From an uncultured virus (IMG/VR IMGVR_UViG_3300033074_001668) (taxonomy: Duplodnaviria; Heunggongvirae; Uroviricota; Caudoviricetes), in the IMG/VR virus record IMGVR_UViG_3300033074_001668: a stretch of 64,000 nt of DNA. One strand, given 5' to 3'. The notes below the pieces were generated by a model that saw nothing but the letters and a program-made list of their open reading frames with translations, searched no databases and was not told the origin of the DNA. The stretch's first letter is position 1. Each line of letters starts with the position of its first letter. Below are positions 1 through 9,311 of this stretch, piece after piece. Both the position numbers and the translations under genes were made by a program.

Positions 1-77
1 GCTACCACAGAATCTTTTTCTATTAGTTCTGCCATTCTTCTAGCATTAGCTTCCATTATATCTCTTGGATTAGGCAT
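1..77 (-). CDS. hypothetical protein, N-terminus only (runs off window)
   Basis: ATG at 77, open to the window edge (MPNPRDIMEANARRMAELIEKDSVV), overlapping the stop of the upstream ORF. Confidence 0.4.
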   Translation of the reverse strand, partial: MPNPRDIMEANARRMAELIEKDSVV

Positions 78-306
78 TGTGATCCTTACAATAATAACAT
101 TCCTCATCACCCTCCATTGGGATACCAGAATCAACTAAACCAGTATCTTTACAATTTGGGCAAAGGAAATCTTTTTGTTCTTCATAATTAAAGAAATCTA
201 ATTTTTCCTCACCAAGAAATCCTACTTCCTGATTTACATCAGAAAATAAGTTTTCGTCTATGCAAGCATCGCAAGATATTTCAATATCTGTAATTTTTAC
301 AGCCAT
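70..306 (-). CDS. small Cys-rich (Zn-ribbon-like) protein
   Basis: CDAC, CPNC and CYYC motifs in 78 aa; coupled to the upstream ORF. Confidence 0.6.
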   Translation of the reverse strand: MAVKITDIEISCDACIDENLFSDVNQEVGFLGEEKLDFFNYEEQKDFLCPNCKDTGLVDSGIPMEGDEECYYCKDHNA

Positions 307-1283
307 TATTGAGCTCCAGGATATCCACCAGGAAATTGTTGATTAGCTCCAGCTTGTTGTGATTGGAAGTAAGCAATTTGTTCAGGAGTATATTGAGGTT
401 GAGCTCCATTTAATTGTGGTGCTTGATATTGAGCACCAGCCGGAGTTTGTCCTGGTAATTGTTGAACGCCAGCATATTGAGGCTGAGCATATTGTTGTGC
501 AGGAGTTTCTTCTGTTCCAGCTGGATCATAATCGATTCCAGTAACTTCTTCTCTTCCAATTCTATGTAATATTTTATGCTCTGCCAATTTAGCATCAGAA
601 AAATTTCCAATATTGATTAAGTCATGACCTAAACCATACGCATCTTGTAATGGAACTGGAACTAAAACATTTAAGTTACCATAATTCATAGTAATTACAA
701 TATTTGATTTTGCTTGATCAAATTTTGCTTCAAGTTTTTTAGCTTGAGCTTGATTTGCACCAGCTTGAGAATAACTATTTTTACTTGGATCAGAATGTTT
801 AACAAATGGAGAAGCAGCATGTTTAAAAGTTGCAATATTAATTAACGATTGTCCTAAAGATCTAATCTCTTGAGTAGAGAATTTCATAACAATTTTATTT
901 GCTTGAACATAACTTCTACCAGATTGTTTAGATGGATCTTTAACACCTGGAACACCCATAACAAAACACAATGCTTTTGGAAATTGTTGAGCTGGATCAT
1001 AACCACCAGAAACTTCAAATAAAGCAATAGTTGTATAATTACTTCTAATAACTTCAACAACTGTACTTTTTGGAGCTTGTTGTTGTGGAGCTTGATATTG
1101 TTGTTGTCCAGGCATTGGTTGTTGATACTGAGGAGCCTGATATTGTGGAGGAGTTGGGTTCATTTGCATTCCTGGAAATTGACCTGGACCAACTTGACCA
1201 TTTGGTCCCGCCATTGGTGGAACTACTCCTGCTGGGTTATATTGTTGTTGTCCTGCTGCTGGGTTATATTGTTGTGTTGACAT
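306..1283 (-). CDS. Q/P/Y-rich low-complexity protein with central Whirly/PC4-like ssDNA-binding domain
   Basis: Disordered-looking termini; core GRSYVQANKIVMKFSTQEIRSL…HSDPSK…KKLEAK…VLVPVPLQDAYGL resembles the plant Whirly pattern; AAGGA RBS. Confidence 0.55.
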   Translation of the reverse strand: MSTQQYNPAAGQQQYNPAGVVPPMAGPNGQVGPGQFPGMQMNPTPPQYQAPQYQQPMPGQQQYQAPQQQAPKSTVVEVIRSNYTTIALFEVSGGYDPAQQFPKALCFVMGVPGVKDPSKQSGRSYVQANKIVMKFSTQEIRSLGQSLINIATFKHAASPFVKHSDPSKNSYSQAGANQAQAKKLEAKFDQAKSNIVITMNYGNLNVLVPVPLQDAYGLGHDLINIGNFSDAKLAEHKILHRIGREEVTGIDYDPAGTEETPAQQYAQPQYAGVQQLPGQTPAGAQYQAPQLNGAQPQYTPEQIAYFQSQQAGANQQFPGGYPGAQ

Positions 1284-1302
1284 AAATTTTCCTTTTTATT
1301 AA

Positions 1303-2199
1303 TTAATTTTCTTCGTCTTCTTCACCAAACTTAAATTCGTCTTCATCGTCTCCAAGTTTATTAAAGTCATCTAGTTTATCCGAGTAGCCACCCATATTTA
1401 CCATTTCAAAAAGGGAAGATCCATCGAATACATTTTCGTTTAAGAAACCTGATTCTAATACCGAACCAGTTTCCCCAGTATCTTCTAATAGTAATTGATT
1501 ATCAAATACTATTGGACCACTTCCATCATCATAAATTGCGTTTGCATCAATTTTTTCTTCTGGTGAAATATTTCCAGCAATTGGAGATAATCCTGCCATA
1601 ATTTCTTCTTCAGTTTTTGAAAGATTATTTAAAAAAGACGTATTAACATCTTTTGGTTTATCATTACCTTTTGATTTAGCTCTAGTTACTGGAACATTAG
1701 CTTCAATTATTCTCTGCTCAACTGCAGAAATAAATAAATCTCTATAACCATTTAACCTTGCATATTCGATAGGCGTTAAATCTTCCGGAACTGGAATAAT
1801 CATTACATTAAATCCAACCGTTTTAGCAATATTACAAATACCAACCGTAGGGATGTCATCTCGATCCCCTTTCATATACTCATGAAAACCAGTATATGAT
1901 TTACTTATACCTAATGTTTCCATTAAGTGAGATTTAATCATTTGAGGATTAAACATTTTTCTCAATTTTTGAAAAAATGGAACATTGATTAATTCTCTCT
2001 CATGTAATTTTTGTAAATTACTTAAGTTAATGTCTTCAATGTTATACTTAGCCGCTGCAAGATAAATAGCGTCTGCGTCGAGGCTATTTATTCTTTTCTT
2101 TTCTTTTTCAATTGGTACACTTTCTGATCTAGAATCATTAAATGATCCTTGAATCAATCCAGATATATCAGTTGAAGTCAATTTTTTTTCTTCTGGCAT
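1303..2199 (-). CDS. putative XRE-type HTH DNA-binding protein with acidic C-terminus
   Basis: LMETLGISKSYTGFHEYMKGDRDDIPTVGICNIAKTVG resembles an HTH_3 pattern; D/E-rich tail. Confidence 0.45.
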   Translation of the reverse strand: MPEEKKLTSTDISGLIQGSFNDSRSESVPIEKEKKRINSLDADAIYLAAAKYNIEDINLSNLQKLHERELINVPFFQKLRKMFNPQMIKSHLMETLGISKSYTGFHEYMKGDRDDIPTVGICNIAKTVGFNVMIIPVPEDLTPIEYARLNGYRDLFISAVEQRIIEANVPVTRAKSKGNDKPKDVNTSFLNNLSKTEEEIMAGLSPIAGNISPEEKIDANAIYDDGSGPIVFDNQLLLEDTGETGSVLESGFLNENVFDGSSLFEMVNMGGYSDKLDDFNKLGDDEDEFKFGEEDEEN

Positions 2200-2215
2200 A
2201 AATTTTCCTTAGTCC

Positions 2216-4102
2216 TTAACTTTGAACAATATCAATTCCCTTATAAAAATCAACTTCATATGTCAACTGAAATTCATCGTTAACATTATGGAATTCCATT
2301 TTTATTTTATAAGGAGTAATTTTATTTAACTTATACTGATCAAATGTATAGGCATATCCAAATTCAATGAAATTTGGGTCATCCGATTTAATTATACATT
2401 TAACAATTTGTGGGTTAGCATAAACATGTTTTTTAAATAAATCCAATCTCTTTTTAAACTCTTCAGCTGTATAAGCTGCTTCAGTATGAATAGTTTTATG
2501 TGTATTTATTTTTAATTTATTTATACCAACCGAATTCTGAGTTGTTGCCGATGGATCTGGAACTGAAGCAATTTCCATAGAAGATGTTGCTGGAAATACT
2601 GTTTCTATTCCAGTTGGTAATTCTTTAAATACAAATGTACTTGCATCAATTCTATCCCGATTCTCTGGATAATATAATCTTTGAGAAGCCATATGAAAGA
2701 ATGAATACAATGCTGATTTATTTTTAGTATACCCAGTATCCCAAACACTTTTAACATTTAACGAATTAATATTTAAAATACCAATTTCAGTGTACCAAGT
2801 TTTCCCTATCGAATTTGGATCAGTTGTTCCCTTCATATCGTCAAGAATCCACGGAACTTCCATATAATAAGCTGGATACTCTTTATGTATCTTTTTCAAT
2901 AATTCTAAAGTCGTAATTCCTGGTAACGAAATAGTTTTATATAAAAAATTACTTTTTAGGGTTCCCATCATTGCTGATAAATTTACCTCTATGTTATATT
3001 TTTCTTTCATACGTTGTAAGATAGCATTTAATAAATCTGCACCTTTAGTATTCGAGAAAGTATTTACTGCTCTATTAACATTCGTTCCAGTAATTGGAGG
3101 AGTTCCACTACCATATTTATAATTTAGATTATTCATATCTATCTTACTAGATACGGTAGCATTAATTCCAGCCATCTTAGAACCAGCATTAATCATTTCA
3201 TCGGTAAAAAACTTTTCAGTATTATCTCCCTCAATCCAAGACATTGCACGCATAATATTTGGAATATCTGCATCAGAATATTCATCTCCTGGATTTACTC
3301 CAGTATATTTAGAAACCATTCTAATATACTCACTTGTATCATTACCATCCGTTGGGGGTGCCCATACTGCAATTAATTCAGATAAAGTAGTTTTTCCAGC
3401 TCTTCTCTTAGCTAATATATTTTTAGCCATTGCTCTGAACCCAAGTTCTGGAGTCGCAAATTTTTCAAATGCAGAAGATGTATTTACTTCCCCAGCCCAA
3501 TTAATATTAGTTTTCCTAATATTTCCAGGATTAAAGTTTCTAACATTTTGATTAACTTGTCTATCTGCATCCGTAAACGATGCTTTTGCACTTGTAGTAA
3601 AATCAATTGTCGAATCTGCTGGATTCATATTTATAGCTTGAGCATCTTGATAATCTCTAATATCTTCAAGTTCCGCTCCAAAAGAGGAATCAAGAAGAAT
3701 AGCATTAGCTGTTAATGATATTCCTTTTACAATAACATCATTTTGTACTTTATCTTGTTGAACATCTTGCTCTAAAAGGGTAATTGGTCTTATAAAAATC
3801 TTATGTAAATTAAAATTTTTAACTTCTCCAGTATACCCATCTCCAATACGAACAATAATTGCTGAAATAATATTTGCTTTAAAACCAACGATAATATCCA
3901 TAGGTAAATCAAATAATTCTATAGCATATAAATTAATATGATTTGCAATAGGATCTTTTATAACTGTAAATTTCCCAACTTTATTATTTGGTATACTATA
4001 TGTAGCAGAGTTGCTATCAATAGTTTTCTCTAAGATATCCCCATTTGAGTCATATTCTAAAGTAGAATTCTGACCCAAAAGAAGAGTTACATCAAAAACC
4101 AT
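2216..4102 (-). CDS. virion (baseplate hub-like) protein with inserted lysozyme-like domain
   Basis: RNFNPGNIR…FATPELGFRAM…IAVWAPPTDGNDTSEYI is the RNNNPGNI-type muralytic domain seen in phage virion proteins; hub assignment inferred from the beta-rich flanks. Confidence 0.55.
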   Translation of the reverse strand: MVFDVTLLLGQNSTLEYDSNGDILEKTIDSNSATYSIPNNKVGKFTVIKDPIANHINLYAIELFDLPMDIIVGFKANIISAIIVRIGDGYTGEVKNFNLHKIFIRPITLLEQDVQQDKVQNDVIVKGISLTANAILLDSSFGAELEDIRDYQDAQAINMNPADSTIDFTTSAKASFTDADRQVNQNVRNFNPGNIRKTNINWAGEVNTSSAFEKFATPELGFRAMAKNILAKRRAGKTTLSELIAVWAPPTDGNDTSEYIRMVSKYTGVNPGDEYSDADIPNIMRAMSWIEGDNTEKFFTDEMINAGSKMAGINATVSSKIDMNNLNYKYGSGTPPITGTNVNRAVNTFSNTKGADLLNAILQRMKEKYNIEVNLSAMMGTLKSNFLYKTISLPGITTLELLKKIHKEYPAYYMEVPWILDDMKGTTDPNSIGKTWYTEIGILNINSLNVKSVWDTGYTKNKSALYSFFHMASQRLYYPENRDRIDASTFVFKELPTGIETVFPATSSMEIASVPDPSATTQNSVGINKLKINTHKTIHTEAAYTAEEFKKRLDLFKKHVYANPQIVKCIIKSDDPNFIEFGYAYTFDQYKLNKITPYKIKMEFHNVNDEFQLTYEVDFYKGIDIVQS

Positions 4103-4126
4103 AGGTTATCCTTGTTTTGAATACCC

Positions 4127-4972
4127 TTATTCCATACCTCTATCAATATGAATTCTAGGGCTATATCTCAAATAATTTTTCAATGCATATTTTGCTGCCT
4201 CATCTTTTGATTCTTTCCAAATTTTATCAAATTCTGGATGTTTTAAAGATGGTGTAAATGGCATAATTAAAATTCTAGTTCTTGGCCAAACGAATTTCTC
4301 ATTAATAATTAAATTCATAAGCTTTTCGTTTTGCGATTGTAATTCTTTACTATGAACAAATTTAACTTGAATTTCTACGATACAAGATAAATACAATAAG
4401 TAATTTTTAAATACTTCTTTATAGATATCTAATAACTCAGGTTCTTCAATTTTGTTACCATAAGAAACTTTTCCATTTAATTTTGGACTAATACTTAAAG
4501 TAAGTTTTAATTTGTTCGAATATTTTGCTGCAATCTTTAAAAGTTTTACAGCATTTTCTTGATGATATAATAAATTACCATTTGTCTCCATAATAATTTG
4601 ATCGATATTTGGAAATGCTTCTATAATTCTATCAAAAATATCTGGAAATGATTCAAGATGTAATAACGGTTCTCCACCAGTTATAGAACAAGAATGGATA
4701 TGTTTTCTATCTTCTTCATTATAATTCTCAAGTAATAAGTTTACTAACTCTTCTGTATCTGCTCTTGCAAGATTATATTTTGGATCACCTTTAATACTAA
4801 AAGAAGTATCACAAAAAGTACAAGTACAATTACATTTATTTAGTCTAAGAAATAATGTAGTAATTCCTACTGCATTATTCCCTCCTTCCCCTTCCAAACT
4901 TTTAAAATGTTGTATAATATATGGTTTAATAGCGTCTGGTTGTGTTGGGTCAATAATTTTTAAAAATTCCAT
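4127..4972 (-). CDS. queE: 7-carboxy-7-deazaguanine synthase (radical SAM)
   Basis: FKSLEGEG, FLRLNKCNCTCTFCDT (CxxxCxxC), ITGGEPLL, SISPKL, PRIH. Confidence 0.88.
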   Translation of the reverse strand: MEFLKIIDPTQPDAIKPYIIQHFKSLEGEGGNNAVGITTLFLRLNKCNCTCTFCDTSFSIKGDPKYNLARADTEELVNLLLENYNEEDRKHIHSCSITGGEPLLHLESFPDIFDRIIEAFPNIDQIIMETNGNLLYHQENAVKLLKIAAKYSNKLKLTLSISPKLNGKVSYGNKIEEPELLDIYKEVFKNYLLYLSCIVEIQVKFVHSKELQSQNEKLMNLIINEKFVWPRTRILIMPFTPSLKHPEFDKIWKESKDEAAKYALKNYLRYSPRIHIDRGME

Positions 4973-4986
4973 TTAGGAGGTCCTTG

Positions 4987-5403
4987 TTAGTAAAACAACT
5001 CCGACATTTGATTCGAAAGTTGTGTAAAAAATTGTTTTTGTTTAATAAGATAATCAGAACTTCTAACATGAGAATTTAAATCCTCTTGTTCCAATAGCTC
5101 CAATAAATCTTCTGCTTGCTGAATTAAAGATTCTAATATCTCTAACTCATTAGCATTATTTTTATAATCTGGCCAAGACTCTTTCATTAATTTTAACTTT
5201 ACTAAAATTGTCTCAATCAAAAAACCATAATGGTGGTTTTTATCCATAAGGAAAAACATCTGTTCCTTATTTTTATTTGTAAGCTTAAATGATACGGTTA
5301 ATGGGAGAAAATATAATTTCGTTCTATGAATAAAATATTCCCAAACACTTTTACAAAAAGGCTTACTCAACTTTGAAGATAACTTCTGAAGAAAATTTTC
5401 CAT
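4987..5403 (-). CDS. hypothetical protein
   Basis: ORF in operon context; start uncertain (40-bp overlap with the upstream gene). Confidence 0.55.
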   Translation of the reverse strand: MENFLQKLSSKLSKPFCKSVWEYFIHRTKLYFLPLTVSFKLTNKNKEQMFFLMDKNHHYGFLIETILVKLKLMKESWPDYKNNANELEILESLIQQAEDLLELLEQEDLNSHVRSSDYLIKQKQFFTQLSNQMSELFY

Positions 5404-6430
5404 CTCTTAAGATTTTCCCTTCTTTAGTGAAATGCGAATTATTTCTAGCTGAGAACATTAAAGAACGTCCTCTAATTGTTGCACCTAATGGAGCATTATT
5501 AATTTCAGCTAGAGCAAATATTTGCTCAATAAACTTTAATTTCTCATCTAACTTAAAAGTTAGAAGAACGTCGAAAAGGTTATATAATAAATAATTCACA
5601 ATATTGTTTTCATAACTAAATACGAAATCTTCATCTAAGTCTAATTTCTTAATACCTAGAACAGTTTTTGCAATAGTATTTAACGTATAGTCTGGTAATG
5701 ATTTACCAAAACCATTCCCTCCTGAGTCAACCGGTTTATACATAACTAATAAATCAGCTAAGTTGTAATCTGGAAATTCAAAAGATGTTTCTCCATAACT
5801 ATCAACCTGACCAAATTCAGAAATTATATTCTTCCAGTTTGCTTCATTTAATTTTTTAAGTCGCTTAATTATATAAGGGTCGTCGAAGTTATCCGAGTTA
5901 AATCCCATAAGAATATGATGATTTAAATTCTTATAACTTTCGAAAAGATAAGTTAATAGTTCTACTTCCGTATTAAACCCAATAACATTAATCTCTAATC
6001 CCTCTACAATATATGTTGGATTTTCCTTACATTTTTCAATATAACCATCCATAACCAATTGAGTCAATTCCTCATCGGTATAATTTGGATGTTTAGGATG
6101 TCTTAAGTATGGAATCCAAGCAGTATTTTTAATATTATTATAGTAAGCAGAAGCATTAACTGGATAATACGCATATTGTGCAGTAAATGGAGTTAATGTA
6201 TTATCTGGCTTAACATATGTCTCAATATCGTAATACGTTTTGTTTAATTTTTTACCAACTGATTTTGCGAAATTAAAATCCTCTTTAATTCTAATCCAAT
6301 TTGAATCAGAAGCAGACAATTGTGTTCCATAAAATTGATATGGTTGAATTATCTTATTCTTTAACTTTTGGATTAAACTATCGTCTTTAACAACTTGAGG
6401 AATAACATTAAATTTTTCGTAAAAGAACAT
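5363..6430 (-). CDS. family B DNA polymerase, 3'-5' exonuclease fragment
   Basis: ExoI YYDIETY, ExoII GFNSDNFDDPYI, ExoIII YNLFDVLLT; no polymerase motifs. Confidence 0.85.
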   Translation of the reverse strand: MFFYEKFNVIPQVVKDDSLIQKLKNKIIQPYQFYGTQLSASDSNWIRIKEDFNFAKSVGKKLNKTYYDIETYVKPDNTLTPFTAQYAYYPVNASAYYNNIKNTAWIPYLRHPKHPNYTDEELTQLVMDGYIEKCKENPTYIVEGLEINVIGFNTEVELLTYLFESYKNLNHHILMGFNSDNFDDPYIIKRLKKLNEANWKNIISEFGQVDSYGETSFEFPDYNLADLLVMYKPVDSGGNGFGKSLPDYTLNTIAKTVLGIKKLDLDEDFVFSYENNIVNYLLYNLFDVLLTFKLDEKLKFIEQIFALAEINNAPLGATIRGRSLMFSARNNSHFTKEGKILRDGKFSSEVIFKVE

Positions 6431-6439
6431 TATTTTCCT

Positions 6440-7573
6440 TTAATGCCCAGTAAGGGCTCTAGCTTTTCGAGTAATCTCAAGATTAAATAATCTTTTAAAT
6501 GGTTCTAATTTCATATCAATATTAAAATCCATAATTTCATCATAATCCAAATGAACATCTAATTCTTGGAATCTTTGTTTAATTAATTCCTTATCCTTAT
6601 CAGTCAATTTTGAAGATGGTGGTAATGAAATAACATTAATCTTAGAATTCATTTCCGCATTGGTTAACATATTTTCATTTGGGTTAGTCATTTTCTCAAA
6701 TTCTTTTTTCATTAAAGGAAGATTGAATTTGATTGGTAAAACTAATACGGCATCACCCATCGAAAAGGTATCTTTAATTATACGATTGTATAATTTGGCA
6801 CCATTGATTTGTGGTGGTATATTTTTCTTATCGCCAAATGACCATTTCTTTGGAACAGTAAAGTACTCAAACCGCATATCTTTAATTGCTTCTTTTAATT
6901 TAAATACATACTTATTTTTAATTTCGATAAATATTTTATTATATAAAACAACTTCATCCGATATAGTTTGGTCAACTGTTAATAAATCATAGATTTCAGT
7001 TAGCATATCTTTAGTTACTTTCGTAACATCCGATTTTCTAATCTGTCCTCCAGTTTTCTTAGTTTCCAATTCTGGAAGGAATTTACCCTCATCCCATATT
7101 TTACCCAATGCATAAAACTTCTTAGCACAGAAGAAGCCACGGTAAGCCACAACCTCAGATTTAAAATCCATTGTATTAAAATCTGGATGCCAGTTTCCAA
7201 TTTTATAGAAATATAAATCTAATGCAGCCATATAAGCAGCATTCATTCTTAAAGTTAATTTTTGACAATAATCAACAGTTTGTTTATGGTCTTCATTCTT
7301 ATCAAACGTTAATTTAATAAGCAAATAATCCGAGTCGGTATCACAATATAATTGGAATGGATCTTTTTCAATTGATTCCATAAAACCAATAGGTAAAAAT
7401 AAATCATGATTAGCATCTAAATTTGAAATAAATGATTCAACATGATCCATTTCCCAATCTTTACATTCTACCAATTCTCCTCTTAAATTTGGATCGTATA
7501 AACCAACTTCAGTAATCTTTTTAATTTCCGAAGTTGGAATTCCCATAGTAGGAGCAATTCCATCAATAGACAT
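6440..7573 (-). CDS. family B DNA polymerase, C-terminal fragment (motif C and thumb)
   Basis: LYCDTDS (YxDTDS), KKFYAL, KTGGQIRKSD; motifs A and B absent. Confidence 0.85.
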   Translation of the reverse strand: MSIDGIAPTMGIPTSEIKKITEVGLYDPNLRGELVECKDWEMDHVESFISNLDANHDLFLPIGFMESIEKDPFQLYCDTDSDYLLIKLTFDKNEDHKQTVDYCQKLTLRMNAAYMAALDLYFYKIGNWHPDFNTMDFKSEVVAYRGFFCAKKFYALGKIWDEGKFLPELETKKTGGQIRKSDVTKVTKDMLTEIYDLLTVDQTISDEVVLYNKIFIEIKNKYVFKLKEAIKDMRFEYFTVPKKWSFGDKKNIPPQINGAKLYNRIIKDTFSMGDAVLVLPIKFNLPLMKKEFEKMTNPNENMLTNAEMNSKINVISLPPSSKLTDKDKELIKQRFQELDVHLDYDEIMDFNIDMKLEPFKRLFNLEITRKARALTGH

Positions 7574-7586
7574 GATTTGCCTCCAA

Positions 7587-8507
7587 CTAATTTCTAGTTA
7601 GTTCATGTGCCAATTTTCTATTTTCTGGATCTTTAAATCTTCCACTAAACACAACAGAAGAAGTGCTTCCACAATGAGATTCTACTCCTCTAGTTTTTTC
7701 ACAATAATGAATGATATTGTTAAATGAAACCATTACATCAGAACTTCTTAAAATTAAAGAAACAAATGCTTTAATTTGCCAATTTAATTCTTCTTGTAAT
7801 TGTGGTCTTCTACCAAACCAATCCGCAACTCTTTGAAGTTTAGAAATACCTAATAAAGCTTTCTCTGAACCTAAAGTTGGGATATATGTAATAGTACATT
7901 TAGAATCTTTATCATCCGTAGAAACAAAAGAAATTAAATGATGAGAACATAAACTATTAACATCAATTGTTTTTGCAACAACTGTTTGAATATCTGGTTT
8001 AGTTATACCACATTCATCTTTTAATCTATCTAGTTCTTCCAACAGAGTTTCAGAATTCATTAAAAGTTCATTTGTTTTTAAACTATCTGGTTTATATAAC
8101 TCAGTTTCAATATCTTGAAGTTGGCTCATAATTATTTTATGAGCATGAATATATTTCGAATTAGAAGTTGCTTTTCCAATATACATATCAGCAGGGAATG
8201 CTTCGATTCTTGGAGGATTTGTATATCTTCCAACCATTAACTCATTAATATACATAGAAGCAACTCTAAATGGAGTATCTTTTAAATTTTCATCATTTTT
8301 ATAATCTAATTTTAAGATATCAAAAAATTCTGCTAACTTTGTTGCCGCCTCTTCTGTCATAACCGCTCTAGCTTCTTCTGGTAACGCATAACTTTCAGCA
8401 GCTTGAAAACTTGGAATTCCAGCTAAATAATTCAGAGTTTGATTATAATCTTCGTCACTCATACCATCTAAAATTCTTTTTGTATTATCTTGTTTTGTTC
8501 CACTCAT
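7587..8507 (-). CDS. folE: GTP cyclohydrolase I
   Basis: DTPFRVASMY, SLCSHHL, GISKLQRVADWFGRRPQLQEEL, HYCEKTRGV; internal helical insertion. Confidence 0.92.
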   Translation of the reverse strand: MSGTKQDNTKRILDGMSDEDYNQTLNYLAGIPSFQAAESYALPEEARAVMTEEAATKLAEFFDILKLDYKNDENLKDTPFRVASMYINELMVGRYTNPPRIEAFPADMYIGKATSNSKYIHAHKIIMSQLQDIETELYKPDSLKTNELLMNSETLLEELDRLKDECGITKPDIQTVVAKTIDVNSLCSHHLISFVSTDDKDSKCTITYIPTLGSEKALLGISKLQRVADWFGRRPQLQEELNWQIKAFVSLILRSSDVMVSFNNIIHYCEKTRGVESHCGSTSSVVFSGRFKDPENRKLAHELTRN

Positions 8508-9250
8508 TCGGAGTCCTTTTTATTTATTTCTTCAAAAAATTCTTGTTCACCAATGTGATTAAATATACTATTAATTAAATCATCTTTACTAATATCATCA
8601 GGAATAATATCAGATAATAAACCTTGATTATCTTTTTTTCTTCTTTGACGATATTGTTCTTCTCTTGCATTTTTCAATAGTATAACTTCTTTAACCGTAT
8701 CTGGATATGTATCTAATTTCATAGATCTTTTATATTCTATTATCTTAGTTAACTCTTCCCTTGTAACCTTTTCACCATTATGATATTTCTCATGACAATG
8801 TTTACATAGTACCACATGTTCAACCCCACCACATAAATGTGTTTCCATAACCTCTTGAACTAAATCTAGAGGCCTCTTATCATTTAATTCTTTATTGTCT
8901 ATCCAAATTTGGAATTGCTTAACGCATAAATTAAATAATGTTATTGGATGGTGATGTGATTCTGGTGCAGCATATTCATATGAGATACCACAAATTGGAC
9001 AATGTTCCGAGTCATCTTTATCTGGATCAGGATTTTGATTAACTGCAAAAGATTTTGTTCTCCTCTGCCATATATCATATTCCTGAGATTTTCTGCATAT
9101 AAATTCGGTCTTTTTAATAAAGAGAGTAAACATCTTCTCATCCATCAAATCAATACCATAAAAGACTAAATCATCTTCGGCACTAATATTTTCAAGTAAT
9201 GAGTTTAATTCACTTTGACCTTTATTTCCTTTTCCATATTTTCCAGTCAT
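8504..9250 (-). CDS. HNH-type Zn-binding nuclease-like protein
   Basis: CPICG…ESHHHP…VVLCKHCHEKYH. Confidence 0.7.
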   Translation of the reverse strand: MTGKYGKGNKGQSELNSLLENISAEDDLVFYGIDLMDEKMFTLFIKKTEFICRKSQEYDIWQRRTKSFAVNQNPDPDKDDSEHCPICGISYEYAAPESHHHPITLFNLCVKQFQIWIDNKELNDKRPLDLVQEVMETHLCGGVEHVVLCKHCHEKYHNGEKVTREELTKIIEYKRSMKLDTYPDTVKEVILLKNAREEQYRQRRKKDNQGLLSDIIPDDISKDDLINSIFNHIGEQEFFEEINKKDSE

Positions 9251-9281
9251 AAATAAACCTTTATAATTTTATTTATATATA

Positions 9282-9293
9282 ATATCTATGTTA
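9282..9293 (-). promoter_or_regulatory. recurrent intergenic motif TAACATAGATAT (putative phage RNAP promoter)
   Basis: About 30 bp upstream of the 9250 start; same motif precedes many other gene blocks. Confidence 0.55.
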
Positions 9294-9311
9294 CAATATC
9301 AAAAATGCTTT

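Noticed and set aside
5363..7573. Split intein joining the PolB fragments
   Set aside because: No block A start or (H)N-[CST] end visible at either fragment boundary
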